Shown here: positions 13,121 to 24,949 of the stretch, piece by piece
How positions within the stretch are numbered: the stretch's first letter is position 1
Layout: the number at the start of each line of letters is the position of its first letter
Assembly (NCBI GenBank): GCA_032718475.1
Contig: JAUCBJ010001088.1
Coordinates: forward strand, 85,581-149,580
From: Nemertoderma westbladi
Lineage: Eukaryota > Animalia > Xenacoelomorpha
Direction: 5' to 3'
Length of the DNA: 64,000 nt
Program-made: the position numbers and the translations under genes
Notes under the pieces: generated by a model
Database searches by the model: none
The model's input: the letters and a program-made list of their open reading frames with translations, nothing else
What the model was told of the DNA's origin: nothing

Positions 13121-13660
13121 AATAGCTCTGCCGTGTAATGTGAAAAGACCGCAAGTCACAAAAAGTCATTTCGAGATTGTTGGTTTAAAATGTCCGTAAA
13201 TTACAATTTTTTTTAACCCTTCGCAATTGGGGGTGGGAAATTTTTCTACGTGATTATTTTTCACTTTCCATTAATATTTTGACGTCAGAGTTATTTTTTG
13301 TACTTACGGTATTTTTGCATTGTACAACCTACTGTATATGTAAATACATATTTCAAGACACATATTTCAATAAAACCGTATTTGCGTTTTCTTATTATCT
13401 ATGCAATGACAAAACACCGTAAGTGTTGTTTTTTTGTTCGTTTTTTTTTGCATAAATTTAAATAGTTGCTGTCTTTTTCCTTTGTAACACTATACACATG
13501 TTGTGACTTACGGCCTTTCTACATTGCATATCTCGTGAACTATAGTAGATACGGTGTTCTCGATTATACCATTAGATACAGCGCAATATTTAGACCCAGA
13601 AAATGTGAATTTAGGAAAAATGCGACTTACGGTCTTTTTACATTGTACGGCAGAGCTATT
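13121..13660. mobile_element. MITE with about 40-bp TIRs
   Basis: aatagctctgccgtgtaatgtgaaaagaccgcaagtcaca / tgcgacttacggtctttttacattgtacggcagagctatt; a third partial TIR copy near 13501. Confidence 0.75.
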
Positions 13661-13683
13661 TATAATTTATTTATTTATTACAG

Positions 13684-13713
13684 GCAAATGATGGACAATG
13701 TGGAGCCATTAAT
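13684..13713 (+). CDS. Fibrinogen-related protein, exon 2 (30-nt microexon, ANDGQCGAIN)
   Basis: ttacag| acceptor and |gtaagt donor, phase 0/0. Confidence 0.7.
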
Positions 13714-13834
13714 GTAAGTTTATTAGTTATTTTAAATTATTATTTTAAATGTAATTTCATGCGATTTCATAGATATTGTAAGTGGTGACAAGTTGAGTTG
13801 AATTCATAAAAGTTATAATAATATTTCCTAACAG

Positions 13835-13930
13835 GTAACAGAGCCGGAAGAAAATATTAATGGGTTGAGTGACCAAGTAAAATATTTAAATACAAACCTA
13901 ACTAACCGATTCGATGAGCTATATAACGAT
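13835..13930 (+). CDS. Fibrinogen-related protein, exon 3 (coiled-coil-like)
   Basis: cctaacag| acceptor, |gttagt donor, 96 nt open: VTEPEENINGLSDQVKYLNTNLTNRFDELYND. Confidence 0.75.
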
Positions 13931-14466
13931 GTTAGTTTCTTAACCAGTAATTATTTGTAACATAATTAATTATTTGCCGTGTTGAAGTCGTTCAGTTTTT
14001 ATTGATGTATTATCTTTATATTTATTTGTGTGGAATTAATTTCGCACTACCAAATCGCCAGGGCGACATATTTCCTAACTTTATATCGCAGTGCGACATT
14101 ATTTCTCAGTATGTCCCTACGCCATATATTTACTATGTATTTCAGTATATCCAGTATGTCAGTCTGTCACACAGTATGTCAGTATTAAGTGCAAATAATT
14201 CCTACAAATAATTCCACCACATTAAATCTTTTACGGCCCTCGTTCTATTATTTCACTAAACAAAATCACTCGTGCCGTAACGCTATAATGTGCTATTTTA
14301 TGAGCAACGACGTAATATAGTTAGTATTTAATTGCTCTAAATGTTGGGTCGAAATGCCGGCGTTTAATGATTTCCCTAGAGAACTCCAACCCAACCACTG
14401 ATCAGATGTGGGCAGAGGATTTACAGAATTTAATAAACCATTTCAATTAATAATATTTCATAACAG

Positions 14467-15156
14467 GTTAAAGAGTTGGAAGACCAGAATAAAGAGTTGG
14501 AAGACCAGTTTACAGAGTTAGTTTACATGTTACATGATACAGAGATAGGGAAATTATCCATTACACTGTATCAGCTAATGGCTCCTGGGCTAATAAAGCA
14601 TAATGATGGGCTGAAGATTCAACAAAGAGTTGATGGATCTGTTGACTTCTATCGAGACTGGGATGAATATGTTGAAGGATTTGGCGACCCGAATACCAAT
14701 TTTTGGTTGGGGTTGGAGACGATCCACAAGCTGAGTGAAAATGGGGTGAATTTGAGGGTCGATTTGTGGTTCACTGGAAGGGGATATAAAGGTGGTGATG
14801 GTGATGATAGAAGGGAGAGGGTGGATTACACCAACGAACACCGATACGCGGAATACAACAACTTCTCTATCGGATCAGCTGCAACTAATTACACCCTAAA
14901 TGTATCCGGTTACCATGGTACTGCTGGTGACGCATTGGAGTATTCCAACGGTCTCCCATTCTCTACCAAGGACCGCGATAATGACAGGTGGGACTACGTC
15001 AACTGCGCCGTACGACGAACTGGGTCGTGGTGGTACGGGCGCTGCGCGGACAGTAACTTGAACGGAGAATATGGTGCGGATGGGAAAGGACCTTATTGGG
15101 CTCATTTAACTGCAGGGAAACCGGCTTCTCGAGTTAAAATGAAGATTTGGATTTAG
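14467..15156 (+). CDS. Fibrinogen-related protein, last exon (FReD domain; ficolin/tachylectin/angiopoietin-like)
   Basis: cataacag| acceptor in frame with ORF 14476-15156; motifs QQRVDGSVDFYRDW, GFG..FWLGLE, FSTKDRDND, GSWWY..C..SNLNG. Confidence 0.92.
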   Translation, partial: VKELEDQNKELEDQFTELVYMLHDTEIGKLSITLYQLMAPGLIKHNDGLKIQQRVDGSVDFYRDWDEYVEGFGDPNTNFWLGLETIHKLSENGVNLRVDLWFTGRGYKGGDGDDRRERVDYTNEHRYAEYNNFSIGSAATNYTLNVSGYHGTAGDALEYSNGLPFSTKDRDNDRWDYVNCAVRRTGSWWYGRCADSNLNGEYGADGKGPYWAHLTAGKPASRVKMKIWI

Positions 15157-16574
15157 TAAAACTGTAAGTTTTATATAAAATTACTAAATAATTTCAATAG
15201 AGTTGCGTTGGAAACTAACTTTTACATTTAATTATAAAATTAATTTTTATTCTACTGAGTAAAACCAGTTACCGCGGGTAGGAATCGCAATGTGTTAAAA
15301 ATTTAATATGAAACATTTAATTTTATTTCACTAAATTCCAAATGACCTCCATCACCATCTCTATGAAATATTATGCTATATGGTTTACATTTACATTTAA
15401 TTATAAAAAATAATAATAAATGATAAATAATAAAATATAATAAAAAAAATTAATATTAATTAATAAATATAAATAAGATATAATAATATATTTGGGTGAA
15501 AAGTTAATAATAATAATTAATAATAATGAGTTCCGGAATAAATATCGTTTTTTACTATAAAATTATTAACTTTAACGTTTTTATTATTTATTTTGCAGTT
15601 TGAATTCCCAATAAGTTTTAGAAGAGACTGAATCTTGGCTATTCTGCTATATGTTACCAGTTTATATGTGTGATGGTTATGGGTTATTGGTTTATGTTTG
15701 GTTAATATTTACAATATATTAATAAATTATAGTTGCAATAACTTAACTTTATTTACTTAACTTGCTGTTAGACCAGGAGGGGCCGGTTGCATATAAATCA
15801 ACCTTAGCTAAGGTGCACCTTAACTCATAAGTGTTGCCTTAAATATTTCAACATCCGTATCAGTTGTCTGCCTAATATTACCTAATATATTTTATAGAAA
15901 CATTTTGAGAACGTCGGAGGAGTTACAAGAGCAAAATTTGGACTTTTCAAAATCAGCTGATATAATTTAACAAATTAATTGTAAATTAAAATTCTTTATT
16001 ACCTAATAATATACAAATAAATCCTATTATATTGTAAAGCCTCTGTTTGAATATCGCCATATCGCGAATATGAACCGGAATCAGGAGCTGTCATACCAAC
16101 CCGGATATATTCCGAGCGATCAGTCGCCCTGACTACGGGGGTCGGGTAGACACGGGGGGAGCGGGAGTGGGGTCGGAAGGATTCCGAGGTGGCGGCCAGG
16201 GAAACAGGAGGGATATCAAGCGTTATCCCCGCGGTTGTATCCGGGGTTACAGACGAGACTCGGTTGAAACCCCTCCGGTAAACCGACGTGTAGGGCCGGG
16301 TACCTCGCCCAGCTGTGTCACTCACCCACTCGATGTGGTTCGCAGACAGATGCTGCCGCTTATCTCCGTATGATTTAAACTTCTCAAACTTCTCGTCGAA
16401 ATAAACCCCGTAGTCGCGCGTCTGATGTCGGTTGTCGTGATAAGAGAAAGGGTTTCCAGTTTTACATTTTCGCCTCGATTTGTTTAGGAAATCCGGCGGT
16501 ATTCTGTAGGTAGAAGCGTCGTGTCTTTGCGAAAGTTCTAGAACATTACTATTATTGCACTGTATGTAAAGGAA

Positions 16575-17130
16575 TACTTATCACTACCCCTGTCCTCAAA
16601 CATTACAACACTAACCAATATACTTACCTACAATGTGATGTATCTCCGATGGGACTAGGGGCCGCAGAAGGAAAAAAACAATACAATGACAATATTATGA
16701 GATCCGTTGTTTATGCCAGCCGGAGACGGGGGAAACTGGACGCAAAACCAGCCTTGGTGATTTCATATCCCGCCTCAATTTTAAATTCTCAATTTAGGGA
16801 AAGGAGCAGGTTACAGTGGCACAATAAAATAAACACAATAGAACAGGTTATAGTTTTATTTTTGCTCGTAATCAGCTGTTATTTGCGTCGAATTTCCCCT
16901 GGAGAGGGATAAATTTTTATTGCGTCCAGTTTCCCCCCTATCTGGCCAGCCGAGCCTTGACCCCAGCTGAAAGTCATCACCCACAAATTGAACGCGAAAT
17001 GTTGTCTGTAACATTTGGAGCTTATTCCGGTAATATTTGATTGGTCTTCCATTGACTGTCTAGCAATGACTATAAACCCTTTAAAGCCATATTTAATAAA
17101 CCGATAATGCTAAGGAGTTTCGTTCTCAGG
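16575..17130 (+). pseudogene. Decayed Ty3/Gypsy RT-RNase H fragment
   Basis: Translates to TPVLKHY..LQCDVSPMGLGA..VVYAS|RALTPAES..QIEREMLSVTFG once the MITE is removed. Confidence 0.75.
16720..16945. mobile_element. MITE inserted in the Gypsy remnant
   Basis: TIR gggggaaactggacgcaa / ttgcgtccagtttccccc; apparent 4-bp TSD ccag; a related internal segment occurs at about 7825-7970. Confidence 0.75.
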
Positions 17131-17139
17131 AGATTATAC

Positions 17140-18590
17140 CTTAATAAACATAACTGAAGCTTATCTCAGTCTCAGCACGATATCCTTAGTCTAATGGAGT
17201 GATCGAAAGTCCTCATCGGGGGATCAAAAATATGATTAAAATTGATAATTTTTTACATCTCACGATCTCGCGTTGACCAAACTAAATAACAATAAATACG
17301 ACAATTATTTCAGACGACATGAACATTGATTTACTTCAACTACAAAAGCTAAACAATACATAGATTTACTTTCCTCTAACGGCTACGTAAAATTAATTAA
17401 AACTCCAACTCGAATAACCCCCTGGTCCAAAACCCTCATTGATCACACAATAACTAATATCACAACACGCGTCTTTTCTACACTCATAGGTACCTCCGAC
17501 CATCAACCCACATTCTCGATCTTTGAAAAATTTACTTGTCACTTTTATCAAAATTAAAATAAAACGCTTTTTGACTTCTCCCAATTTAATCCTGACTCCT
17601 TCAATCGCGTTATCGAACGAGAAACCTCATGGTCTTACATCTCATCGTCAGTAACAGCCCGGAAAAATTTGATGAATTTTAGAATAATTTTGTTAAAATA
17701 TGCGATACCCATGTTCCCAAAAAAACGTTTTCTCCACCAACCCTTCCAAAAAAACCATGGATAACAAATAAATTAATCAAATTAACGATTATCAAAAATG
17801 ATTTATACCGCATTTATATCAAAAATTCAATGGGCACAGTGCTTTAAATGCTGCAGCCTAGCCCAACCCCGGCTTTCATCCTTTAGTGGTCGATAAATGG
17901 AAACCAAGGCAACTTGGGAAACAGAGTGGAAGGGTTTACTGTGGAAGATCATCCATGGTGGTGAAGAGGCATTCCTTGGCTTAACGAGCCTAAAAGATTC
18001 TCCCATTCATATCAAAAATTCATCTGACGAAAACTTGACTTCCTTCAAAAGATTTAGAAATAAACCCTTCTACGAACAGCTGAAAATAACTACTACGCAA
18101 AAAATTTTTACGATAACTCAGGGAACATTCGAGAAAAACATGGATGATTATAAATAGCGCACTAAATAAATCAAACAAAAACTCCATTCCAAAACAGATT
18201 ACAATTTACACTGGCGATTCAATTAAGACCACCATTACCGACCCAGCTGAAATAGCCTCAAAATTTAATGACCACTTAATCACAATTTAATGACCACTTT
18301 TCTACTATAGGACCCAACCTAGCCAATGAAATCCCCCGTTCTACCCGCTCCACAACACGTTTTGTATATCACTCCAATCCGAAGTCTTTCGTAATTACAG
18401 AAACAACACCAGTAAAAGTAGAATACCGTCTTCTCCAACTCAATCCTAATTCTGCTACTAATGACCCCTTCTCTAACAAATTGCTTACGGTTGCCGCTAA
18501 ACCTCCATCTAAGCTACCTCATTAACTTATCTTTTTCCATAGGTTTCTTCCCGGATTCTCTAAAAATTGCTAGAGTGACTCCCATCCATT
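17140..18590 (+). mobile_element. Decayed CR1/L2-type LINE (endonuclease end, linker, RT start)
   Basis: Frameshifted motifs such as TSDHQP, KKPWITN, FNDHFSTIG, FPDSLKIARVTPIH. Confidence 0.75.
17830..18003 (+). mobile_element. 5'-truncated SINE inserted in the LINE
   Basis: 19-bp TSD cat(t/c)..atatcaaaaattca with one mismatch (17811-17829 and 18004-18022); body homologous to the SINE at 48840-49062. Confidence 0.8.
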
Positions 18591-18592
18591 AA

Positions 18593-19155
18593 CCGTTACA
18601 GGACTGGGGGGGTGGAAGGGGGGGGGGGGGGGGGGGGGGGGGTTGAATCCACCCTTCCCTCAAGTTTATCTAGTGATCTGCGCAGAAGCACTGATCGCAG
18701 TGAGCCGAAATTTCCTGAGTTATCCTAAAATTTATCTCTGAATCTCACGAAAAAAACGATAACTTCATAGCTCTATTAGTTGTCGAGTGTAAAAAACACA
18801 TGTCAGCACTTTTCAAGCTAAAATTGGCAACTTTTGAAAGGATTGATGTTGTCAGCCAGGTTCCCGTTTATAAAGGTTTTTTGGTATACCGAATCGAACA
18901 ATTGTGTCCATTTAAAACATCAAAACTTCCCTGAATACATTTTTTGGGGGTCCCACAAAAGTGGGTGCAACACGAAAGTTTCAAATTTTTACTTTCAGTA
19001 GTACACATTTCCAAAGGTCAATTTTCTGTGTACAAAGGTTTTCGAGGTCGCTGAATCGATTTAGACCGATAGATAGATGTCACAGACAAGTGGGATGGTA
19101 TTTTTTGGGGGGTCATAGAGAACAGTTACCAATACAAACAACAGGTGGAGACAAC
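18593..19155. mobile_element. One end of a non-autonomous piggyBac-like element
   Basis: Begins TTAA-ccgtt followed by a G-run exactly where the LINE reading frame stops; other end not found. Confidence 0.4.
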
Positions 19156-19199
19156 AGGTAAATTTATGTATGAACTCTATTAAAAAAAACTACAGTGTT

Positions 19200-19998
19200 A
19201 ACGGATCCAGGTCGTCCCGTCCGCTATCACTTCGTCCCATCCAAATTACCACTCAATATATGAGTGCCAATATGACTCCCATTAAAGAGCCACTCCAATA
19301 CTAGTAACACGTGGTACCAAAAAAACAATTTAGCGATACCCATACTGGCTGTTAACCCACAGGGTGTACTGTGGGGATCGCATTATTATTATTATAAGGT
19401 GCTAACATTATTGCCTTGCCAATTACTCATCCTTAGAGGTTCCAACAGCGGAGAGCCAATGACAAGCCACAAACCAAAAATAGCTGACACATATCTGATA
19501 TAATCCTATGTGGCTACTGTACTAACCTCAGATGCACACCTCAGCATATCAAGGTGCAGTACACATTTACGTCTGATAGTGTTGTATCGGTAGGTAGCCA
19601 GCAGACATTCAATACGGACCGAACTCAAATATTTATTACCAGTCAGCTAGTCATCAAGCTCGCGTTAAACCTACAAGGACGAGTAACCAGCACCACTACA
19701 GTTGCGTTGTGCAGTTACTAACGGCTATTATTACAATTAATCACCTACAAACTATTATCTGCTCCTTTTCTTATAACTCTGGTTACCTCCGCATACCTCA
19801 AAGCAGCAAAGCACCAACCTCAAGTGTGTCTCGGAGGCCCGTTTCGGACTGCACCCCGATCCGGGCACAATAGGTTTTTTGGTACCACGTGTTACTATTA
19901 TTGGAGTGGCTCTTTAATGGGAGTCATATTGGCACTCATATATTGAGTGGTAATTTGGATGGGACGAAGTGATGCGGACGGGACGACCTGGATCCGTT
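19200..19998. mobile_element. Foldback MITE with about 125-bp TIRs (MULE-like)
   Basis: 19200-19326 is the near-perfect reverse complement of 19872-19998; no TSD identified. Confidence 0.85.
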
Positions 19999-19999
19999 T

Positions 20000-22900
20000 A
20001 TTCACGCATACATGTCACACGCACACACTTGCACACGGAGAAGTGATTTATATATTACTATGAGTTGTGTCAATGCTCGAGTTCGAGTATGATTGTCCGT
20101 CACTATCGAGCTGTCCTCGTACTCGTCTAATCGTTTAATATCAGTCGTTCAGTGGGTGGCCGGCCAGTCCAATGAAACTGAACATTGCTGTCGATTTATT
20201 TATCTCTCAACTGTTTTGCTGTCGTCAAATCTCCTGTCTGATTTGTGAATCTTATTGGTATTGTAGATTTCGTCAATGTACTATAATTGTTACTCTAACT
20301 CCCTACAAGTTAGATATTTCTGACATGTGTAATAATTTTACAGCTATAACTGTCCCTCTTACTAAGTTACCTATTTTTAATCAATTACATATAACCTAAT
20401 TTAGTAATTACGTTACTTACCAAATAAAGTTACTTTTTATGTACTTTATACTTTATTTAATTATAATATCGTACATACATGATATTATAACTGTTCCAAT
20501 TTTTACTTTTCTTTCAGTTTTAACATATATATGTTTTCCTATGTAGACCTCGCTACTGTATTTCGGTTTCTTACCTGCCTACAGTATGATATGTAGTCTC
20601 ACAACAGTCTCGTATTTTCTACTGTACATAATTTTCTTTATTTATTTATTATATTTTTTTTTTATTATGTTTTGTACAGGGTGTTGTGCCCATTATATTT
20701 GAATATAACAGGGTGGAATCTACGAGAATTTATTTTTCTTACTCTCGCAAATGCAACTCCCGCCCTCCCAGACCTACACTTCTAGGTCTCGAGATTGAGG
20801 GTGTTTCCTTACTGGGCAGTTACTTACTAACAGTTACTTACTGGGCGTCTGTAAGTTTTCTTGCTATCACCACCCAGGGTGACCTCAACCGTTCTGACTT
20901 TGCCGTCGGTCCCGGGATGGCATTTAACTATGCGTGCCATCTGCCTTACCAAGGTAACTAATACCAGATCGCCTGGCTGAAGGTTTCGCTGTTGTTTACC
21001 CCACTTCTGTCGCTTGTGGAGTGTTGGGATGTATTCATCTGTCCACTGCTTCCTATACTCGTCAGACAATACCTGTACTATTCGCCATGACTGTTTAGAG
21101 TACAGGTCGGATTTGTCCCACGAACCCCGGTTCATTAACTGGGCTGGTCTTCTTAGTAATAAGTGAGAAGGTGTTAGTATCTCTAACGATGTTGGATCAT
21201 CTTGAAGAGGGCACATGGGCCTACTATTCATGGCTCATTGTGCTTCTGCTAGGACTGTTCTTAGGACATCTTCGGTGACTATATGTTTCCTAAGTAGTGC
21301 AGTCATGAGTCTCTTTGTAATACCAATAAGTCTTTCAACAAACCCTAGGATGTGAGTCGCATATGGTGTTCTCTTCTCCCACACAATGCCATCACTTCTC
21401 ACGGCATTCATGACTTCCTTTGATTGGAAGGTACATCCTGCCTCTCGAAGCTGTTTTTCTGCCCCAATGAAATTTGTGCCATTATCTGATTACAGCTTCT
21501 TTATAGAACCTTGATGGTTGATTAATCTGCGGAGTGCATTTATGAATGCGCTCGCAGATGCATCTACCGCTAGTTCTAACGCTATTGCTCGCGTGGCAAT
21601 ATTATGCCATAGCGGTTCTCATGGTGGCGTTTGACTTTTATGGTGAGTGGGCCGAACATGTCAGTACCGGTGTATGAGAATGGTGGTTCATACCCTAGGG
21701 TTCTTTCCTTGGGTAGGGATGCCATCAATTGGCTTTCCCTCTTCCTCTTTTGCTTGCGGCATGTTTGGCAGGTCCCCACCATAGATTTTATTTTCTTGCG
21801 TACGGCTGGTATCCAGAATGTACGACGCACCGATGTTAATGTCATATCAGTGCCGCCATGTAATGTCTGTGCTTGACAATCATTTATTATTTGGGTTACA
21901 ATAGTCGATTTTCTCGGTAGTATTATTGGTTTCGATGGTACTAGTATACTTGAGGCATGTTGTACCCGTGAGTCCATCACTATTAATCCAGAGTCAGTGA
22001 GTTTGGGTCTCAGAGTTCTTATGGAGCTCTCCGGCTGTACAGATTTCCCAGCTCTCAACCGTTTTATCTCCTCTGTGTATTTCTCTCGGTAGGACAATAG
22101 TGCCAATTGTCTAAGTTTGTGCCATCAGCTTGTGCCATTGCCGCCATCAGCTCTAACCTAGGTATTGTTGGCTTCTTGAGAGGGGCTGATCTCGCTTTAC
22201 TGAATACAAGGCGAGGTAGCAGAGAACCTTCTCCTTTCTGTACTATGTATAACGCTGCACCATACCTTTTAGTAGATGCATCAGTGAATACATGGAGATC
22301 TAAGTTAGAGGCATCTCCATTTTCAAAGTATGCCCATGGTATACTGAGTTTCGGTATTGCTGCCAAACTCTCCAGCCAAACACACCATTGTTTACTTATT
22401 GTGTCTGGAAGGACTTGGTCCCATGGGCACTTAAGGAGGTAAACATCCCTTAGGATTTGTTTGCCAACTACTATAACTGGTGCCACCAGACCCAGCGGGT
22501 CATACATTTTAGCTATGTTTGACAGCTCATAAACAAAACGGACCGTTTTGTGTGTTTGAATATATATTCTAATGCATCAGTCTCCCTGTTCCATGTGATG
22601 CCTAGGACTCGAGAATCAGCTTCCCGCTTTCGTTCTGTGAGTATGCTGTCTACACCGGTTGGCATCACACTGTTGTTTCGGCATAGTTGTTTTATGTCAC
22701 TGCGTTCTAATTGGGGTTCAGATGATATGTATTGTGTATCCCCTGGTATCTCATTTTGGTTATTTTGTGGCCCAAATTGGGACGTTTTTTCTTTGGATTC
22801 CATAATATCGACAAACTCCTTGGAATTAGATTTGAACTTTTTAAGACGGAACCCTCCCCCCATTAGAATCTCTACGACTTGTGTCGCCGTTTTAACCATA

Positions 22901-23480
22901 TCTGCCAAGGAGTTGCTTGATACTAGTCCATCATCAACATAGAACCCCTTATGGATCATATCTATGACACTGGTGTCATAGATACCTCCCTTCCCTTCTG
23001 TGGATTGCCTAAGGCATTTTGTTGCCACATAGGGGGAGTCCTTTGTGCCGAAGATTTGGATAGTCATCTTGTACTTATCAGGTTCAATTGGTTTATCACC
23101 ATCATAATATAGGAACCTGAGGCTCTCACTATCCTCGATGTACACGTTCACTTGATGGAACATTGCCTCGATGTCACATGAGAATGCCAAGGTTCCTTGT
23201 CGAAACCTGATTAGTACTTCAACACCGGTGTCTTAAATATTAGGGCCCTCTAAGAGGTAATCGTTCAATGACTTGCCCCTGTATTTAGCTGCTGCGTCAT
23301 TTACTATGCACATTTTATTACCCTTCTTTATGTCCACTGCCACATGTAAAGGTGTAGATACTATGTACGGGTGGAGTCTGGTACTCTTTGGTGCAGTTTA
23401 ACTGCCCAGCCTTTGTCCAGGTATTTATTAATTGATTTCTGAACAAAGGCCCCTCTTTCGTTCCATGGCTTTAACTTTAA
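20000..23480 (-). mobile_element. Decayed BEL/Pao LTR retrotransposon (RT-RNase H-integrase and 3' LTR region)
   Basis: CDIEAMFHQV, FYVDDG, YDPLGLVAP, HVFTDAS, TIPRLEL, integrase H..CxxC, LTPSHLL..QKW..GDLV tail; polypurine tract gggagggcgggag at about 20757-20769; frameshifts and internal deletion. Confidence 0.9.
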
Positions 23481-24439
23481 TAACTAACATAATAATAATC
23501 ATACTGATTTGTAAAAACTGATTCGTAGATTGTAGTGAATGTCTAATACTGGTCTATATGTTGAGGTTTATGTTCACATTCATGTAAAATATATGTTTAA
23601 TATAATCTCTTTACTTCGTATCTCTTTCACTATTCAAAATATAATTATAGGCGGGGGATTATTATATATTTACCTAGAAATGTTAAGCATTACAGGCCGG
23701 ACAAATCATTACAGGCCGGACAAATCATTACAGGGCGGACTCGTTTTAAATGCCAAATATATTTTTTCAACTGCGCAAAAGTGTTTAACCATGATCCCCA
23801 TGAAATTCCTGACATCAAGAGCTTTCAGAAAATATATGGGTTTACTATATTCTGGAGAAAAATTTTTTTGGAAAAATTTACACCCGTTTTGGCCTATTTT
23901 GGTGAGATGGGCCAGTCAGCGAAAACAATTTACAGAAGGAATAATCCTCGTGTTTACAATCGTAAAAAGGAGGTTCAACGCAAAAGGCGGCAGACAATAA
24001 GAGATAAACAAAAGATTAAAGTTGGCACGGATCCTAACTTTGCCCTTCTACAGAGACAGAAAAGAAATAGCGAACAAAAACGTTGGCGTGAAAAGAAAAA
24101 TTAGTTTATTTTAATTTAAAACATTAGGGGAAATAAGCTGAGCAAGTTATAGCGGCGGTGTTTTCTAATCAAAACGTATTTTCACTTTCAGTTAATTTGC
24201 TCTGGAGATCACCCTTTTCACTTACGGTCAATTTGTACCACTATCCGGAAAGATCACCCATCCATGGTGGCATTCCCCGTTAATGATAATGAGTCTTGAG
24301 CATTCTTGGAATTAATCAAATTGGATGTGTTTATTTAACAACAAATGATGATATTATCCAATCAGAACACAGGGAATTGAAGAGTTTGGAATTATTTACT
24401 GGCTTCTCGATCGGAGCAAAGACCAAACTCGACACTATA

Positions 24440-24573
24440 TTGTAGAGTTTGGAAAAGGAATCCAAACACTACACCAGGAAAAGTAGAGTTTGGGAAAGTA
24501 ATCCAAACACTACACCAGGAAAAGTAGAGTTTGGGAAAGGAATCCAAACACTACACCAGGAAAAGTAGAGTTT
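24440..24573. repeat. 41-bp tandem repeat, about 3 units
   Basis: aaacactacaccaggaaaagtagagtttgggaaaggaatcc; same unit as 36018-36497. Confidence 0.9.
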
Positions 24574-24949
24574 GACTGCAATTTGACGTTTTTTGCCCAT
24601 AATTTCTTAGCTTTTGAATATCTTTATGTTTTATTGTCAGATTTGCAATCTGTGGAAAAATGCAATCAAAATATGATATATACTTTTACCAGTTTGAAAA
24701 AAAATATATTTTGACAGCTACGATTTTTTTTTTTTTTCACTTTCTTCGGCTGAGACCTGCACTGTACGTAACTGATAATATAAAAGGCCAAAGTCGACAG
24801 GCAAAATTGGTTTAACCAAGTCGTGAAATGACCTCTATATCTACTGTATAACATACCATATTACAATATAAATAACATTTTACAGATGAATCAATAGTTA
24901 AGACCAGGCCTAGCCATGCATTCGAAAAAAAAAAATATATAATATTATT

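Noticed and set aside
15999-16560. GC-rich short ORFs next to the Gypsy remnant
   Set aside because: No recognisable motif, PBS or LTR pair; probably TE debris but not assignable.
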